Below are positions 28,302 to 38,187 of a stretch of DNA of 64,000 bases, one piece after another. The position numbers and the translations under genes were made by a program. The stretch is from a virus. Numbering within the stretch: the first letter of the stretch is position 1; each line of letters begins with the position of its first letter. The notes under the pieces are model-generated. The model worked only from the letters and a program-made list of their open reading frames with translations. It did not search any database and had not been told where the DNA came from. The DNA lies in the IMG/VR virus record IMGVR_UViG_3300037201_000018, positions 1 to 64,000 of that record. The stretch is one strand, 5' to 3'.

Positions 28302-29552
28302 GTGCTCGCAGCGTTAAGCCAAGTCTCGATGTATCCCGAAGCTCGCGGACCGAGAAGGCTCGCCGGGCTCAATCGTGACTTGGCCGAGTGGTTCCCGGTC
28401 AACGGCGTCCCCGGCAACTTCGCCAGGATCACGAGTGCGGGAGCGTTTAGCGATAACGGGGGGACGGCAGCTTCGGAGGCATTTGGGGCTGGTGCAGTTT
28501 TTGGAGCTAACAACAACTGTACGGTTGTCGGAAATGGGTCAAGTGCGACCAACGCTAACTGTACGCTGATCGGGCAAAACACCAGTTCTTCGGGCAACGA
28601 GGGTGTGGCGATTGGCGTTGCGGCGGCAGTGACAGGCACGGCCGGGATAGCCATTGGGTATGGTTCGGCGGTAGCGTTGGCCAATACGTGCGTTATCGGC
28701 GCCTCTGGCACGAGCACCGGCTTCATCTCCGCTCTCTATTTTGGGATAACTGCGGCCGCCCCCCAGAATGTAAGCATCAACGCCTGCGGCGGCTCGGGCA
28801 GCAACATCGCAGGGGCTTCGATCACGATCGCGGGTGGCAAGAATACAGGGACTGGTGCTGCCGGGGCGATCATATTTTCTCAGTCGCTTCCGATCGCGAC
28901 GACAACCAGCTCTACGCTCAACGCTCTTGCGACCGTTGGCCAGTTCGATGGCGTGTACGGCGGTTTGACGCTCACGCAGCCGATCGCTCCGACTGGCTCT
29001 CCGACCGCGTTCATGATCACGGGCGCGGCCCACACGACACTGACGCTCTCCACCGAAGCGACGGACGTCAACTTCAACTTGGCAAGGACGGTTCAGTTCG
29101 CGACGGGGGCGATTGCAACTCAGCGAGCCTTCCGTGTCCAGGCACCGACCTACGGGTTCGTGGGGGCTTCGACGATCACGACTGCCGTGACGCTGGACGT
29201 CAGCGGTCCACCGATCGTCGGGAGCAACGCGACTTTCACGAGTGCGATCGCTCTCCGTGTGGGCGGTCTGACGCAGATCAACGGAAATCTGCAACTCGGG
29301 ACGGCTGGGAACAAGCTGCTCATTGCGACGGGATCGAACGCCAGCGCTGGAACAGGGACGCTCTCCAGCGGGACGGTCACGATCAGCACGACGGCGGTTA
29401 CGGCGAGCAGCCTGATTTTCCTCACGGACACAAGCAGCGGCATCAACATCGGAACATTGTCGGTTGGGACGATCACGGCGGCAACTTCGTTTGTGGTAAA
29501 CAGCAGCAATGTCGCAGACGCCTCGACGTTCAATTGGATTATTATCAATTAG
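28302..29552 (+). CDS. fibre/adhesin-like virion protein
   Basis: G/A/T/S-rich with YadA-head-like AIG repeats (GVAIGVAA, GIAIGYGS); C-terminal GTGTLSSGTVTISTTAVTASSLIFLT domain. Confidence 0.65.
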   Translation: MLAALSQVSMYPEARGPRRLAGLNRDLAEWFPVNGVPGNFARITSAGAFSDNGGTAASEAFGAGAVFGANNNCTVVGNGSSATNANCTLIGQNTSSSGNEGVAIGVAAAVTGTAGIAIGYGSAVALANTCVIGASGTSTGFISALYFGITAAAPQNVSINACGGSGSNIAGASITIAGGKNTGTGAAGAIIFSQSLPIATTTSSTLNALATVGQFDGVYGGLTLTQPIAPTGSPTAFMITGAAHTTLTLSTEATDVNFNLARTVQFATGAIATQRAFRVQAPTYGFVGASTITTAVTLDVSGPPIVGSNATFTSAIALRVGGLTQINGNLQLGTAGNKLLIATGSNASAGTGTLSSGTVTISTTAVTASSLIFLTDTSSGINIGTLSVGTITAATSFVVNSSNVADASTFNWIIIN

Positions 29553-29560
29553 GTGAAAAG

Positions 29561-29860
29561 ATGGCCGCAGGTACAGTCACGCTTACCTTCAGTGATTCCG
29601 CCGACATAACTAACCTGCTCAACGCGATGGAATCGAACTACAATTTCGCCAAGAATGGGGGTGGATTAACGGGCGGGCAGTTTGCCCTGAATCAGATGGT
29701 TGCATGGTTTCAATCGCAGTTCGCTCAGTACAACCAGATGCTGGCGAGTCAGGCAGCGTCAGCGGCTTCAGCGGCGGCACTAGCAGGACAGACGACAATA
29801 TCATTGGTGCCATACGAAGCGGTGGGCCTTGGTGGAACAATAACAGCGTCTAGTCCCTAA
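29561..29860 (+). CDS. hypothetical structural protein (start 29561 rather than 28688)
   Basis: ATG just after the fibre stop codon; the upstream extension is alternate-frame shadow of the fibre gene. Confidence 0.55.
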   Translation: MAAGTVTLTFSDSADITNLLNAMESNYNFAKNGGGLTGGQFALNQMVAWFQSQFAQYNQMLASQAASAASAAALAGQTTISLVPYEAVGLGGTITASSP

Positions 29861-30106
29861 CAAAAGGAGCGATACGGTGGTTTTGAGAAACGTCGAAAAA
29901 GTAGAGGAGATGTTGAGGCGAGACCTAACCGTCCTGCGTCAGCAACGGTCGCAACTAGAGCAGCAGAAGCAGCAGGTCGATCAGCAACTTGTTCAGCTTA
30001 ACCGAGCGATCGCGGAGTGGGAGGAAGTCGTCGTCGAGGAGAACGGCCAGAAGAGGGAAACGATCAAAAGAGGAAGTCTCACGAACGAAGTCGACTGAGG
30101 TAAGCA

Positions 30107-32095
30107 ATGGCAACTGCGACTATCGAGGCTCTCGTCGGGATCAGCGGGCTCACGCTGCTGGTGGACCTCTACCCGCTCGGGAGCGACACAATCTCCTTAA
30201 ACGGCGGTACGCTGACAGAGGCGACGAACCGTAAGGGCCTCTACACAGGGACATTCACCTCGACGGGGTTCAGTGGCGAGTATCAGGCGTTCGTCTATCC
30301 CTCTGGCTCAGTGTCGCAGAGGGTCTACGTCGGCTACGTGAACATCACAGACGCAGCATCTTTGCATCGGATCGTTGACAACGCAGCAGACGCCTCAGTC
30401 GACATCACGGGTTGTAGTTCAAACGTCGGAGCGTTTTTGGGAACGGTATCGAAGGGAGCAGCTGGTTACGCCGGAATGGACTGGGGGCAGATGACGAACC
30501 TGACCGCGGTGACTACCCTGACGAATACGACGATCGCCACGAGCCAAGTCATCGCCACGGTCACTAATCAGCTCACCGCCGCAGCAATTGCGACAGGAGT
30601 CTGGGAGGATACGACCGCGGGAGGAGACTTCGGGACGGCTGGCAGCATCGGTCTCCTGCTCGTCACGAACGTCAACGCGACGATCGGCAGCCGACTAGCG
30701 ACCTCAGGATACACAGCCCCGACGAACCTGACAGCAGCCCAGATCGCGACTGGAGTCTGGCAAGACGCAACTGCTGGAGACTTCACCGTCTCGGGGAGCA
30801 TCGGTAAGAGCTTATTCACGAGTGGCAACGCCCCCGGAGCTGCGTCTGGTCTGGCACTCGTCGGTTCCAACATGGGAAGTGCCAGTTCAGTCACTGCGGC
30901 GATCACGCTCCCCGCTATCCCGAACAACTGGATCTCAGCGGCCGGGATCGCCGCCAATGCACTCAACGGAAAGGGTGACTGGCTCCTGGCAGTTAATTAC
31001 ACAGCACCTCCGACGTCGGCACAAACGGCTACAGCGGTGTGGCAAGACTCGACTGCTGGGGACTTCACCGCGGCTGGGTCTATCGGTAAGTCCCTCGCAC
31101 CAGCAACCCTCGGAGCCGTACCAGGAGCCTCAGGCGGGTTCCTGATCGCGGGAGCCAACGCAGCGACGACGTTCGCCACGCTGACTTCGACGGGAGCATT
31201 TACGGTCAACGGCGTGTCAAATGTATCACAAACAGGGGACAGCTTCGCGAGAATCGGGGCGCTTGGTGCTGGACTGACTGGGATCACTGGAGTTACTCTG
31301 GCAGCGAGCCAACCAGGAGTTACGATCCCTACGGTTACGACAGTCACCAACCAGCTGACGGCAGCGGTCATCGGTGGGGCAGTCTGGGACGTCACCCTCT
31401 CGGGCCACCTGGTAGGCGGGTCGACTGGAGCGGCACTGAACGCAGCTGGCTCGGCCGGTGACCCATGGTCGACGTTGATCCCCGGTGCTTACGGAGCTGG
31501 GACAGCAGGGAACCTCGTCGGTAACAACCTGGCGACGATCCTGACGAACCTCAACTCGCTTGTCACGACTGTCGGAGCCGCCGGTGCTGGATTGACAGCA
31601 CTCGCGTCTGCCACGAACCTGGCAACAGCCAACACGGACATCAACGCCCTGATTACGACAGTCGGAGTTGCAGGTGCAGGATTAACGGCGCTGGCCCCTG
31701 CCTCGACTGCCCTCTCCTCCGTCGTCTGGACGAACGCGAGAGCGGGATATCAGGACAATCTCAACGTCGGAGGCAATGTCGCTTCTTCGTCTCAGTCAGT
31801 CACTCTCCTCGGGGCGATCGCCACAGTTGATGCCGACGTCCTCACGAGACTCGCCGCGACGTCCTACACGGTTCCTCCGACAGCAGCAGCGATTCAGTTG
31901 CAAGTCTTTAACGGGCTCGTCGATGGGACTTACTCCCTGAGACAGTGTGTCAAGGCAGCGGCTGCTGGCGCAGGCGGGGCATTGACTGGCGGACCTGGAC
32001 CGTCTCTCGCGTTTAAGTCTCTCGACGGAACAACTGCGTTCACTTGTACTGTCGACTCTTCGGGTGACAGATCAGGATTCAACTACACACTATGA
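30107..32095 (+). CDS. repetitive A/G/T-rich virion structural protein
   Basis: Four repeats of about TAAxIAxxVWxDxTAGDFxxxGSIGKxL. Confidence 0.65.
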   Translation: MATATIEALVGISGLTLLVDLYPLGSDTISLNGGTLTEATNRKGLYTGTFTSTGFSGEYQAFVYPSGSVSQRVYVGYVNITDAASLHRIVDNAADASVDITGCSSNVGAFLGTVSKGAAGYAGMDWGQMTNLTAVTTLTNTTIATSQVIATVTNQLTAAAIATGVWEDTTAGGDFGTAGSIGLLLVTNVNATIGSRLATSGYTAPTNLTAAQIATGVWQDATAGDFTVSGSIGKSLFTSGNAPGAASGLALVGSNMGSASSVTAAITLPAIPNNWISAAGIAANALNGKGDWLLAVNYTAPPTSAQTATAVWQDSTAGDFTAAGSIGKSLAPATLGAVPGASGGFLIAGANAATTFATLTSTGAFTVNGVSNVSQTGDSFARIGALGAGLTGITGVTLAASQPGVTIPTVTTVTNQLTAAVIGGAVWDVTLSGHLVGGSTGAALNAAGSAGDPWSTLIPGAYGAGTAGNLVGNNLATILTNLNSLVTTVGAAGAGLTALASATNLATANTDINALITTVGVAGAGLTALAPASTALSSVVWTNARAGYQDNLNVGGNVASSSQSVTLLGAIATVDADVLTRLAATSYTVPPTAAAIQLQVFNGLVDGTYSLRQCVKAAAAGAGGALTGGPGPSLAFKSLDGTTAFTCTVDSSGDRSGFNYTL

Positions 32096-33193
32096 ACTTC
32101 TGGTCCTCTAGCTTCTGGGCAGCTTGGCACTGGGTCAGCAACTACTGGCACGGCGGTGGATTCGTACCTCCACCGGTTCATCCCAAGCCAGCCAAGTTTC
32201 TGTTCGCCCAGTCAAGAACGGCGACACTGTACGCGACTCCCCGTACCTCACAGCTTTATGCGGAGCCAAGATAGGTGTCTCTCGATGTACACAAGCCTGG
32301 ATCTAGAATCAAATTTAATAACAGCGGGAAGGACGAGATTGAGGCGACGATCACAGCTGTTTGCATCAGAGGGGATTCAAGAACCGTTTATGTGACTTAC
32401 GAAGTGATCTGGTGGAACGGAAGGACGAGGGAGGAGAAGTGGGTGACTGAGCACGAGCTGTGGAGTGTTGCCTCTCACGGCAAGGTCTCGATCGGATTCA
32501 ATGGAGAATCTAAGTAGTGTCGACAGGAAGCCCGGGATTCGGATCGAACCAAGACCTCGTCGCGTCACCCGACGTGCTCGTTGCTGCACCGACGGATTCG
32601 TTCGATTTCTCCTTCGACTTCGTAACGCTTCCTCTGCTGCCGGGTGAGTACGTTTCGTCGATCGTTGCGACAGTCGTGACTTTACAAGGAATTGCTCAGG
32701 CTCCCGGACTTATTACGAACGTCGCAGTCGGTCCTGGGTCGACTCCCACGGCGATCACGGCCCGAGTCAACTTCCCCATCGACCAGTGTGACTACCTCGT
32801 GACAGTAGTCGTGACGACAGATTTTACAGGATCGTCGGGAGCGAGCGAGACGAGATCAGCTGTCTTTTGGGTTCAGGGGAGAGCGGCATGAAACTCTCTC
32901 AATTGAATCCAGCTATCGGAAAAACAGCCGAGAAAGACGTACTCGAAATTTCATTCGATTGTCCGAAGTGCGGGATACCGTATCGAATTCTGGCAAAAGG
33001 AAGAGTTCGTCAGCCAAAAGATGAGAGTCGGCATCTTTGGGGATTTGAAATTGGATTTAATTGGGACATCGATTGTAGTTACATGATCGACTGGGACTCT
33101 ATCACAGTAGACCCATCGATCATGAACCATCACCACGGTAAAAAACTCTGCGGGTTGGATGTCACAATCAGTAACGGCGAGATTAAAGTCTGA
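32092..33193 (+). CDS. small ORFs 32092-32274, 32275-32517, 32517-32891, 32888-33193
   Basis: 32517-32891 is beta-rich (fibre-adaptor-like); 32888-33193 has FDCPKC...SITVDPSI...CG...NGEI. Confidence 0.5.
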
Positions 33194-33675
33194 TGCCCAA
33201 GATCGAGAATCTGAACAAGCTGCTCTCAAAGCTCAGTCAGAAGCAGAAGGAGGCAGTCAAGGCGAGCGAGGCTTCGGTAACTACCGGGTTCACACAGAAC
33301 TACGCGGTGCACGTTCACGAGAACATGGAAGCTAAGCATAACGTCGGACAGGCCAAGTTCCTCGAACAGCCGGCGAGAGAGCTAAACAACAGTGGAGAGC
33401 TGTCCAATATCATGACGAAGGCACTCAAGCGGGGAGCGACAGTCGAGCAGGGGCTTCTCCTTGACGGATTACGAATCCAACGAGAGGCGCAGAAACTAAC
33501 CCCGGTCGACACAGGAGCACTGAAGGCGAGTGCCTTTACGTCACTAACGAGAGACGAGGAGCAGGCAGCAGAAACAGCATTAGCAACCTCGAACGCAATC
33601 AAATTATCGGTGACGTCTCAGAGAGCCAAGAAGTCAGAGTCAAAGAAACTGAAGGGTTTACCGAGGACCTACTGA
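33193..33675 (+). CDS. neck/tail completion protein (HK97 gp10-like)
   Basis: YAVHVHE, GQAKFLEQP and AQKLTPVDTGALKAS motifs. Confidence 0.75.
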   Translation: MPKIENLNKLLSKLSQKQKEAVKASEASVTTGFTQNYAVHVHENMEAKHNVGQAKFLEQPARELNNSGELSNIMTKALKRGATVEQGLLLDGLRIQREAQKLTPVDTGALKASAFTSLTRDEEQAAETALATSNAIKLSVTSQRAKKSESKKLKGLPRTY

Positions 33676-33676
33676 G

Positions 33677-34147
33677 TTGAGTATCCCCCTAGCTAACTCC
33701 CCCGCCGACGTCGTTCGCTACCTGCTGATCGCGCTCGGCTTGGGAACCTTACCGACAAACACTCCACAAGGGAACTGGCCTATTAGTTCTGGTCAGGAGT
33801 TGAACGACCCTGATAACACTGTGACAGTCTACGACACGCTGGGAAACAAGCACGCGAGGATCATGATCGACGGGCAAGTCGTCGAGGACCCCGGCATCCA
33901 GATCAGAGTGAGAGCGACTGACAACCCTACCGCTCAGACTCAGGCGGAGATCATCAAGCAGGCGATCGACGAGAGAGCAACGGGATACAACGTCCAGATC
34001 CCCGACTTGAGCAACGTGCTTCACAACTTCACGGTCTACGCTCTCAATCGATCAGGGAACCCGATCCAGTTGGGGAAGGAGTCCCCGACGAGCAACAGAA
34101 GGATCTACACGATCAACGCCACGGTAACTCTCAGACAGGCAACCTAA
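33677..34147 (+). CDS. tail terminator (phage minor-capsid-like family)
   Basis: PDNTVTVYDT, PGIQIRVRA, LGKE..NRRIYTIN; precedes the tail tube gene. Confidence 0.7.
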   Translation: MSIPLANSPADVVRYLLIALGLGTLPTNTPQGNWPISSGQELNDPDNTVTVYDTLGNKHARIMIDGQVVEDPGIQIRVRATDNPTAQTQAEIIKQAIDERATGYNVQIPDLSNVLHNFTVYALNRSGNPIQLGKESPTSNRRIYTINATVTLRQAT

Positions 34148-34165
34148 CTAACAGAGGAGAACGAT

Positions 34166-34642
34166 ATGGCTGCACCCCCGGTCACCGCCCGAGTCCTTCC
34201 GACTCACGGCAAGATCTACAACGGATTCCCGACGACGATAGCATTGAGTCTCAATCCCGCGATCAACATCTACGAGAAGACCGTCATGCCACCTGGACTC
34301 GACGGAGGGGAGATGATCGACGTCACGACGATGCTGAACGTCGCCTGGCGGACGATGGTCCCCCGCTCCCTGAAGACCCTCTCACCGATCACGATCGTCG
34401 GACTGTACTCAGCTTACCTGTACCTCGACATGCTGGCAGTTCTGAACTTACAGGGAGCCGCCTCGGTCCACTTCCCAGACGGCGACGTCTACTCGTTCTG
34501 GGCAACTTTGAACAAGTTCGAGACTCCCGCCCACGCAGAGGGAGTCGCACCTGAGGCGACCTTCACGCTGACCCCGACAAACTGGGACCCGGTCTTGCTT
34601 GTCGAGTCCGGCCCAATCCTTACCTCCGTCTCAGGGACCTAG
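34166..34642 (+). CDS. major tail tube protein
   Basis: PPGLDGGEMIDVTTM...PRSLKTL, VHFPDG...FWA pattern; GAGGAG RBS; position. Confidence 0.75.
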   Translation: MAAPPVTARVLPTHGKIYNGFPTTIALSLNPAINIYEKTVMPPGLDGGEMIDVTTMLNVAWRTMVPRSLKTLSPITIVGLYSAYLYLDMLAVLNLQGAASVHFPDGDVYSFWATLNKFETPAHAEGVAPEATFTLTPTNWDPVLLVESGPILTSVSGT

Positions 34643-34710
34643 CAGATCGTAGGACGTGTTCGGACCCCTGAGTAGGGAATCCTAGCCTAAACACTTTAGG
34701 AGTTTCCTTC

Positions 34711-34784
34711 GGCGCGGCCCGTCTGAGTCAGGATTTTCCAGTTTCTCCAGGCTCGGATGGGCTGCGTCTTTCTCAAACTGGAAA
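34711..34784 (+). promoter_or_regulatory. 19-bp G-U-rich hairpin whose loop is complementary to the leader of the downstream gene
   Basis: 34711-29 pairs with 34750-68 (all five non-Watson-Crick pairs are G-U); loop tttccagttt is complementary to aaactggaaa at 34775-84. Confidence 0.6.
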
Positions 34785-34795
34785 GGTAGCGAGCG

Positions 34796-35227
34796 ATGAC
34801 AGAAGTGATGGACTTCGAGTCCCTAGCCCCGATCGACGTCGAAGTCAAGTACAAGGGGCAGACGCTGACGTTGAGGAGCGCAAACGGGGCAGTCGGTACA
34901 CTCTTCAAAAACAAGATCATCCAGTATGAATCCTGCGACCGGAGGGACATGGCGGACATCCAGCCTTGGCTCGTCTCGGTCTGCCTCTTTCGTCGAGTTC
35001 CTGACCTGGCAATCCCTGGGGATCAGGGTGAACTGGTTCCAGTGTCGGTCGTGAGAACGTTCCCTCATCCAATGCTCAAGAAGCTGTTCGACAAGGCGGT
35101 CGAGATTGGTGAATTGATTCCCGAGGACGAGACGATCGAGTCACTGGAGAAGAAGCTGGCGATCCTTCGGAAGCAGGAGGCGGCGAGAAAAAACGGGCAC
35201 GAGTCTACGGGGACTGGTTCGAGTTAG
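34796..35227 (+). CDS. tail assembly chaperone (G-like)
   Basis: Between tail tube and tape measure; slippery site near its 3' end. Confidence 0.75.
   Translation: MTEVMDFESLAPIDVEVKYKGQTLTLRSANGAVGTLFKNKIIQYESCDRRDMADIQPWLVSVCLFRRVPDLAIPGDQGELVPVSVVRTFPHPMLKKLFDKAVEIGELIPEDETIESLEKKLAILRKQEAARKNGHESTGTGSS
35188..35194 (+). other. programmed -1 ribosomal frameshift site (A AAA AAC) giving the GT-type extended chaperone ending at 35475
   Basis: The -1 frame is open (RARVYGDWFELAAYYG...) and continuous with ORF 35266-35475. Confidence 0.8.
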
Positions 35228-35452
35228 CGGCTTATTACGGCCACTCGGGGCCGATCCACTCGTTCATGAGTTGCATGTCTTACAGGGAGTTCCTGACTCG
35301 CGTCGACCTGATGAACGAAGAGCGTAAACGAGAGAACCAGGGAACTCAACCGAGTCAAGCTCCTCAACTCTCTCCCGAGGAACAAGCGAGACAGTCCAAG
35401 GCGGCTTGGGCAGGGGCGTTGGGAATGACGAAGACTCAAACTGGAGAGATTC

Positions 35453-35833
35453 GTGGGGCACCCCTTGGAAGATAACAAGACTGCGTTCACTGACAAGAAC
35501 AACGCGACGACTGTCCTGAACAGTAAGTGGAGAACTCGCGTAGCAGAGTACAAGGGAGAAACTGAGATGAAGATGAAGGAGTTCAAGAACGGGAAAGAGA
35601 CGTTCAACACGCTCTCCCCGATCCCAGATCAGGACATCCAACTGGGAGACGGGAGAGTCCTTCGAGTCCAAGGTTGGCGACCCAAGGGAGACCCAGAGGT
35701 TTGGTCTCTGGTGAAGATCAAGATCACGGATTACATCTGCATGCCCGAGAAAGAGACGGACGACGACTTCCTTAAGAAAAGCTACGGGATGCTGAGGGAC
35801 CTGGCTCAGAAGAGAGAGGACGAGAGTAAATAA
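35453..35833 (+). CDS. hypothetical protein between chaperone and tape measure
   Basis: AACTGGAG RBS at 35439-46 before GTG 35453. Confidence 0.5.
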   Translation: MGHPLEDNKTAFTDKNNATTVLNSKWRTRVAEYKGETEMKMKEFKNGKETFNTLSPIPDQDIQLGDGRVLRVQGWRPKGDPEVWSLVKIKITDYICMPEKETDDDFLKKSYGMLRDLAQKREDESK

Positions 35834-35835
35834 CG

Positions 35836-38187
35836 ATGGCTGGTGAGACCGAACTCGAAAGATTAGTCGTCCGCCTGACTGGCGACGGTAGCCAGTATAA
35901 GCGGATGTTGGATACGGCGATCTCAGCGACGACCTCCGCGGCCGAGAAGATCGAGCAGTCGACTGAGAAGATGGGCTCCGGGATGGTCGCCAAGGGAGTC
36001 CTCATCGCTGAGGGCGTGACCCTGATGGTTGAGAAGTTCAAAGAATTCGGGAAGGAGGCTCTCTCCGCTTTCAGATCTCACGAGGACGCAGAGTTCAAAC
36101 TGAAGGCGGTGATCGAAGCGAACGGGGAATCTGTCTCCAAGGTAACTGAAGAGTACGAAAAGTTTGCTGACACGATCGGCAAGACAACGACTCACGGTAA
36201 GGTTCAAGTTCTTCAGTTACTTCAGATGGCTGAAACCTACGGTTTGACAGGAACTAAGGCAGAGCAGGCAGTCAAACACGCACTGGGATTCGAGGATGCG
36301 TTAGGTCACAGCGCAGAGGGGGCCTTACGCCTGACTGCGAGACTCCAGCAGGGCAGCGCTGAGATGCTGGGGAGGTTCGTCCCCGGCCTTGACAAGGCGA
36401 CGAGCGAGCAAGCCAAGCTGACTCTCGCGAACGACCGCTTCAACAAGATGTTCAAGGTCTCCGAGTCGTTGACTGAGACGACGACCGGCGCAATTACGAT
36501 GTTCCACAAATCGATACATTCGTTATTTGCGGAGCTGGGGGGACTCGTCGCTCTCGGCCTCAAGCCGATAGTCAAGCTACTCACGGAGGGAATCGACGCA
36601 TTCCAGAAGCTAGACCCAGAGATCAAGAAGGTGACGTCTTCCATCGCCGCGTTCACGGCGGTCACGCTGGCAATAGGAGCCGCAAGTACCTACGCACCGA
36701 TTGTCGGGGCCTTCAAGCTGCTCGGGACGGTAATCGGATTCTTGACAGGACCGATCGGCCTCGTCGCGGCTGCCATCGTGGGGCTTGGATACCTTGTGGT
36801 TAAGCACTTCGGAGGGATCAGCGAGACGTTCACGGCGATCAAGACCAAGTTTGACGAGTTTGCGAACTACGTTCGGCCTGTTACTACGGAGTTGGGTAAC
36901 ATCTTTCGTGTGGTGTGGGACGATATCCTAGAGGCAGGACAGACCACGTTCAATACCCTCTCACTGTTCATCAGCCCGATACTGGCGAAGCTCGGGGTCT
37001 TGATGACTGGATTCTGGGATACGTTCAGACGGGCGTCGATCGAGGCACTCATCGGAGCCGAGTTCGCGATCCGTAACTGGAAGGAGATGCTAGCCCTGGC
37101 AGCGACGTTTGCGCGTCTTAAATTTGAGACGTTCAAGGAAGACGCGAAGTATCTCTTCACTGACGAGATCCCTAACTACCTCCAGAACATGACAGGCGTG
37201 TTTAAAGCTACGTGGAAAGCCGTGTTTGATAGTGCGACGGACGCATTCAATCAGCTCGGAGCAAACTTAGTAAGCATCTCTCTCCACTTGCCGCAGCTGC
37301 TATCGGGCCGGATGGATTTCAGCCAAGTTTGGAATCCGCTAGTTGAGAACTTTGAGATTACGATCCCTAAGATCGTCCCTCTAGCCAAACGCGAACTGAG
37401 TTTCGTCGAGAAGGCACTGACGGCGGCTATGAAGGTGATGGGCGGTGGACTCGCCGCGTCGTTCATGGATTTTCGGGCCAAGCGGGTCGGTGAGTTACTC
37501 TTTCCAGACAAGGCGATCGACGCCGCCGTAGATAAGACGGCTAACAAACTGAATACGGACATCCTCCCAGTCGCGAAGGCGATCAACAAGGAGCTGCGCC
37601 CGCCTGACGTCGTGTTCTGGAGCGCGACTGCGATCACCCACGCGAGGAACCAGCTGTTCGGCCTCGCCAGGACGATCAAGACTGTTCAGACCGTAGGCAA
37701 CGCGACCGTCACCAACGTGGGAGGCGGCGTAGCGGGCCATGCCAGAGCAGCCCCTGCCGCTGTTGGAGCTGCTGCCGTTCACCCCGCGATCGCTCAGATC
37801 GTCCGTGCGGCGGTGGGTGCCTCTGCTGCCCCTGACCTGCCCGTAGAACTTGAAGAGGGTAAGTTCGGAACGGCAAATCTAATTAGCAGCAATCGTAAGC
37901 AACGGCAGCAAGAGTTCCTCCGCAAGGCCGGCGTCGTACCAGCAGGAGCTGCCCCCTCTATCCGACAGGGTCTCATACGTCCTAAATTGCAATCTGGTTT
38001 TGGCTACAAGCAACGTCAGCAAGAGTTCCTCCGCAAGGCCGGAGTCACTCCCGTTACTCCGCCGCCGGGGAGTCTCTCTCCCCAACAGACGACAATGACG
38101 GATCAGTTACTTCAGCAGATCGTGACGTTGCTGAGTGACAAAAACAAGAAGAGGACGCTCGAAGTCAGACCCCTGGGGATAGCATGA
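35836..38187 (+). CDS. tape measure protein
   Basis: ELERLVVRLTGDGSQY N-terminus, long helical Ala/Leu-rich body with a central hydrophobic segment; follows the chaperones. Confidence 0.85.
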   Translation: MAGETELERLVVRLTGDGSQYKRMLDTAISATTSAAEKIEQSTEKMGSGMVAKGVLIAEGVTLMVEKFKEFGKEALSAFRSHEDAEFKLKAVIEANGESVSKVTEEYEKFADTIGKTTTHGKVQVLQLLQMAETYGLTGTKAEQAVKHALGFEDALGHSAEGALRLTARLQQGSAEMLGRFVPGLDKATSEQAKLTLANDRFNKMFKVSESLTETTTGAITMFHKSIHSLFAELGGLVALGLKPIVKLLTEGIDAFQKLDPEIKKVTSSIAAFTAVTLAIGAASTYAPIVGAFKLLGTVIGFLTGPIGLVAAAIVGLGYLVVKHFGGISETFTAIKTKFDEFANYVRPVTTELGNIFRVVWDDILEAGQTTFNTLSLFISPILAKLGVLMTGFWDTFRRASIEALIGAEFAIRNWKEMLALAATFARLKFETFKEDAKYLFTDEIPNYLQNMTGVFKATWKAVFDSATDAFNQLGANLVSISLHLPQLLSGRMDFSQVWNPLVENFEITIPKIVPLAKRELSFVEKALTAAMKVMGGGLAASFMDFRAKRVGELLFPDKAIDAAVDKTANKLNTDILPVAKAINKELRPPDVVFWSATAITHARNQLFGLARTIKTVQTVGNATVTNVGGGVAGHARAAPAAVGAAAVHPAIAQIVRAAVGASAAPDLPVELEEGKFGTANLISSNRKQRQQEFLRKAGVVPAGAAPSIRQGLIRPKLQSGFGYKQRQQEFLRKAGVTPVTPPPGSLSPQQTTMTDQLLQQIVTLLSDKNKKRTLEVRPLGIA

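Noticed and set aside
28688-29560. Long 390-aa ORF 28688-29860 overlapping the fibre gene
   Set aside because: The upstream part is R/D/H-rich alternate-frame shadow of a Thr/Gly-rich gene; only 29561-29860 looks like a real protein
37896-38046. Duplicated KQRQQEFLRKAGV in the tape measure C-terminus
   Set aside because: The local duplication is real, but repeats are commonplace in tape measure proteins
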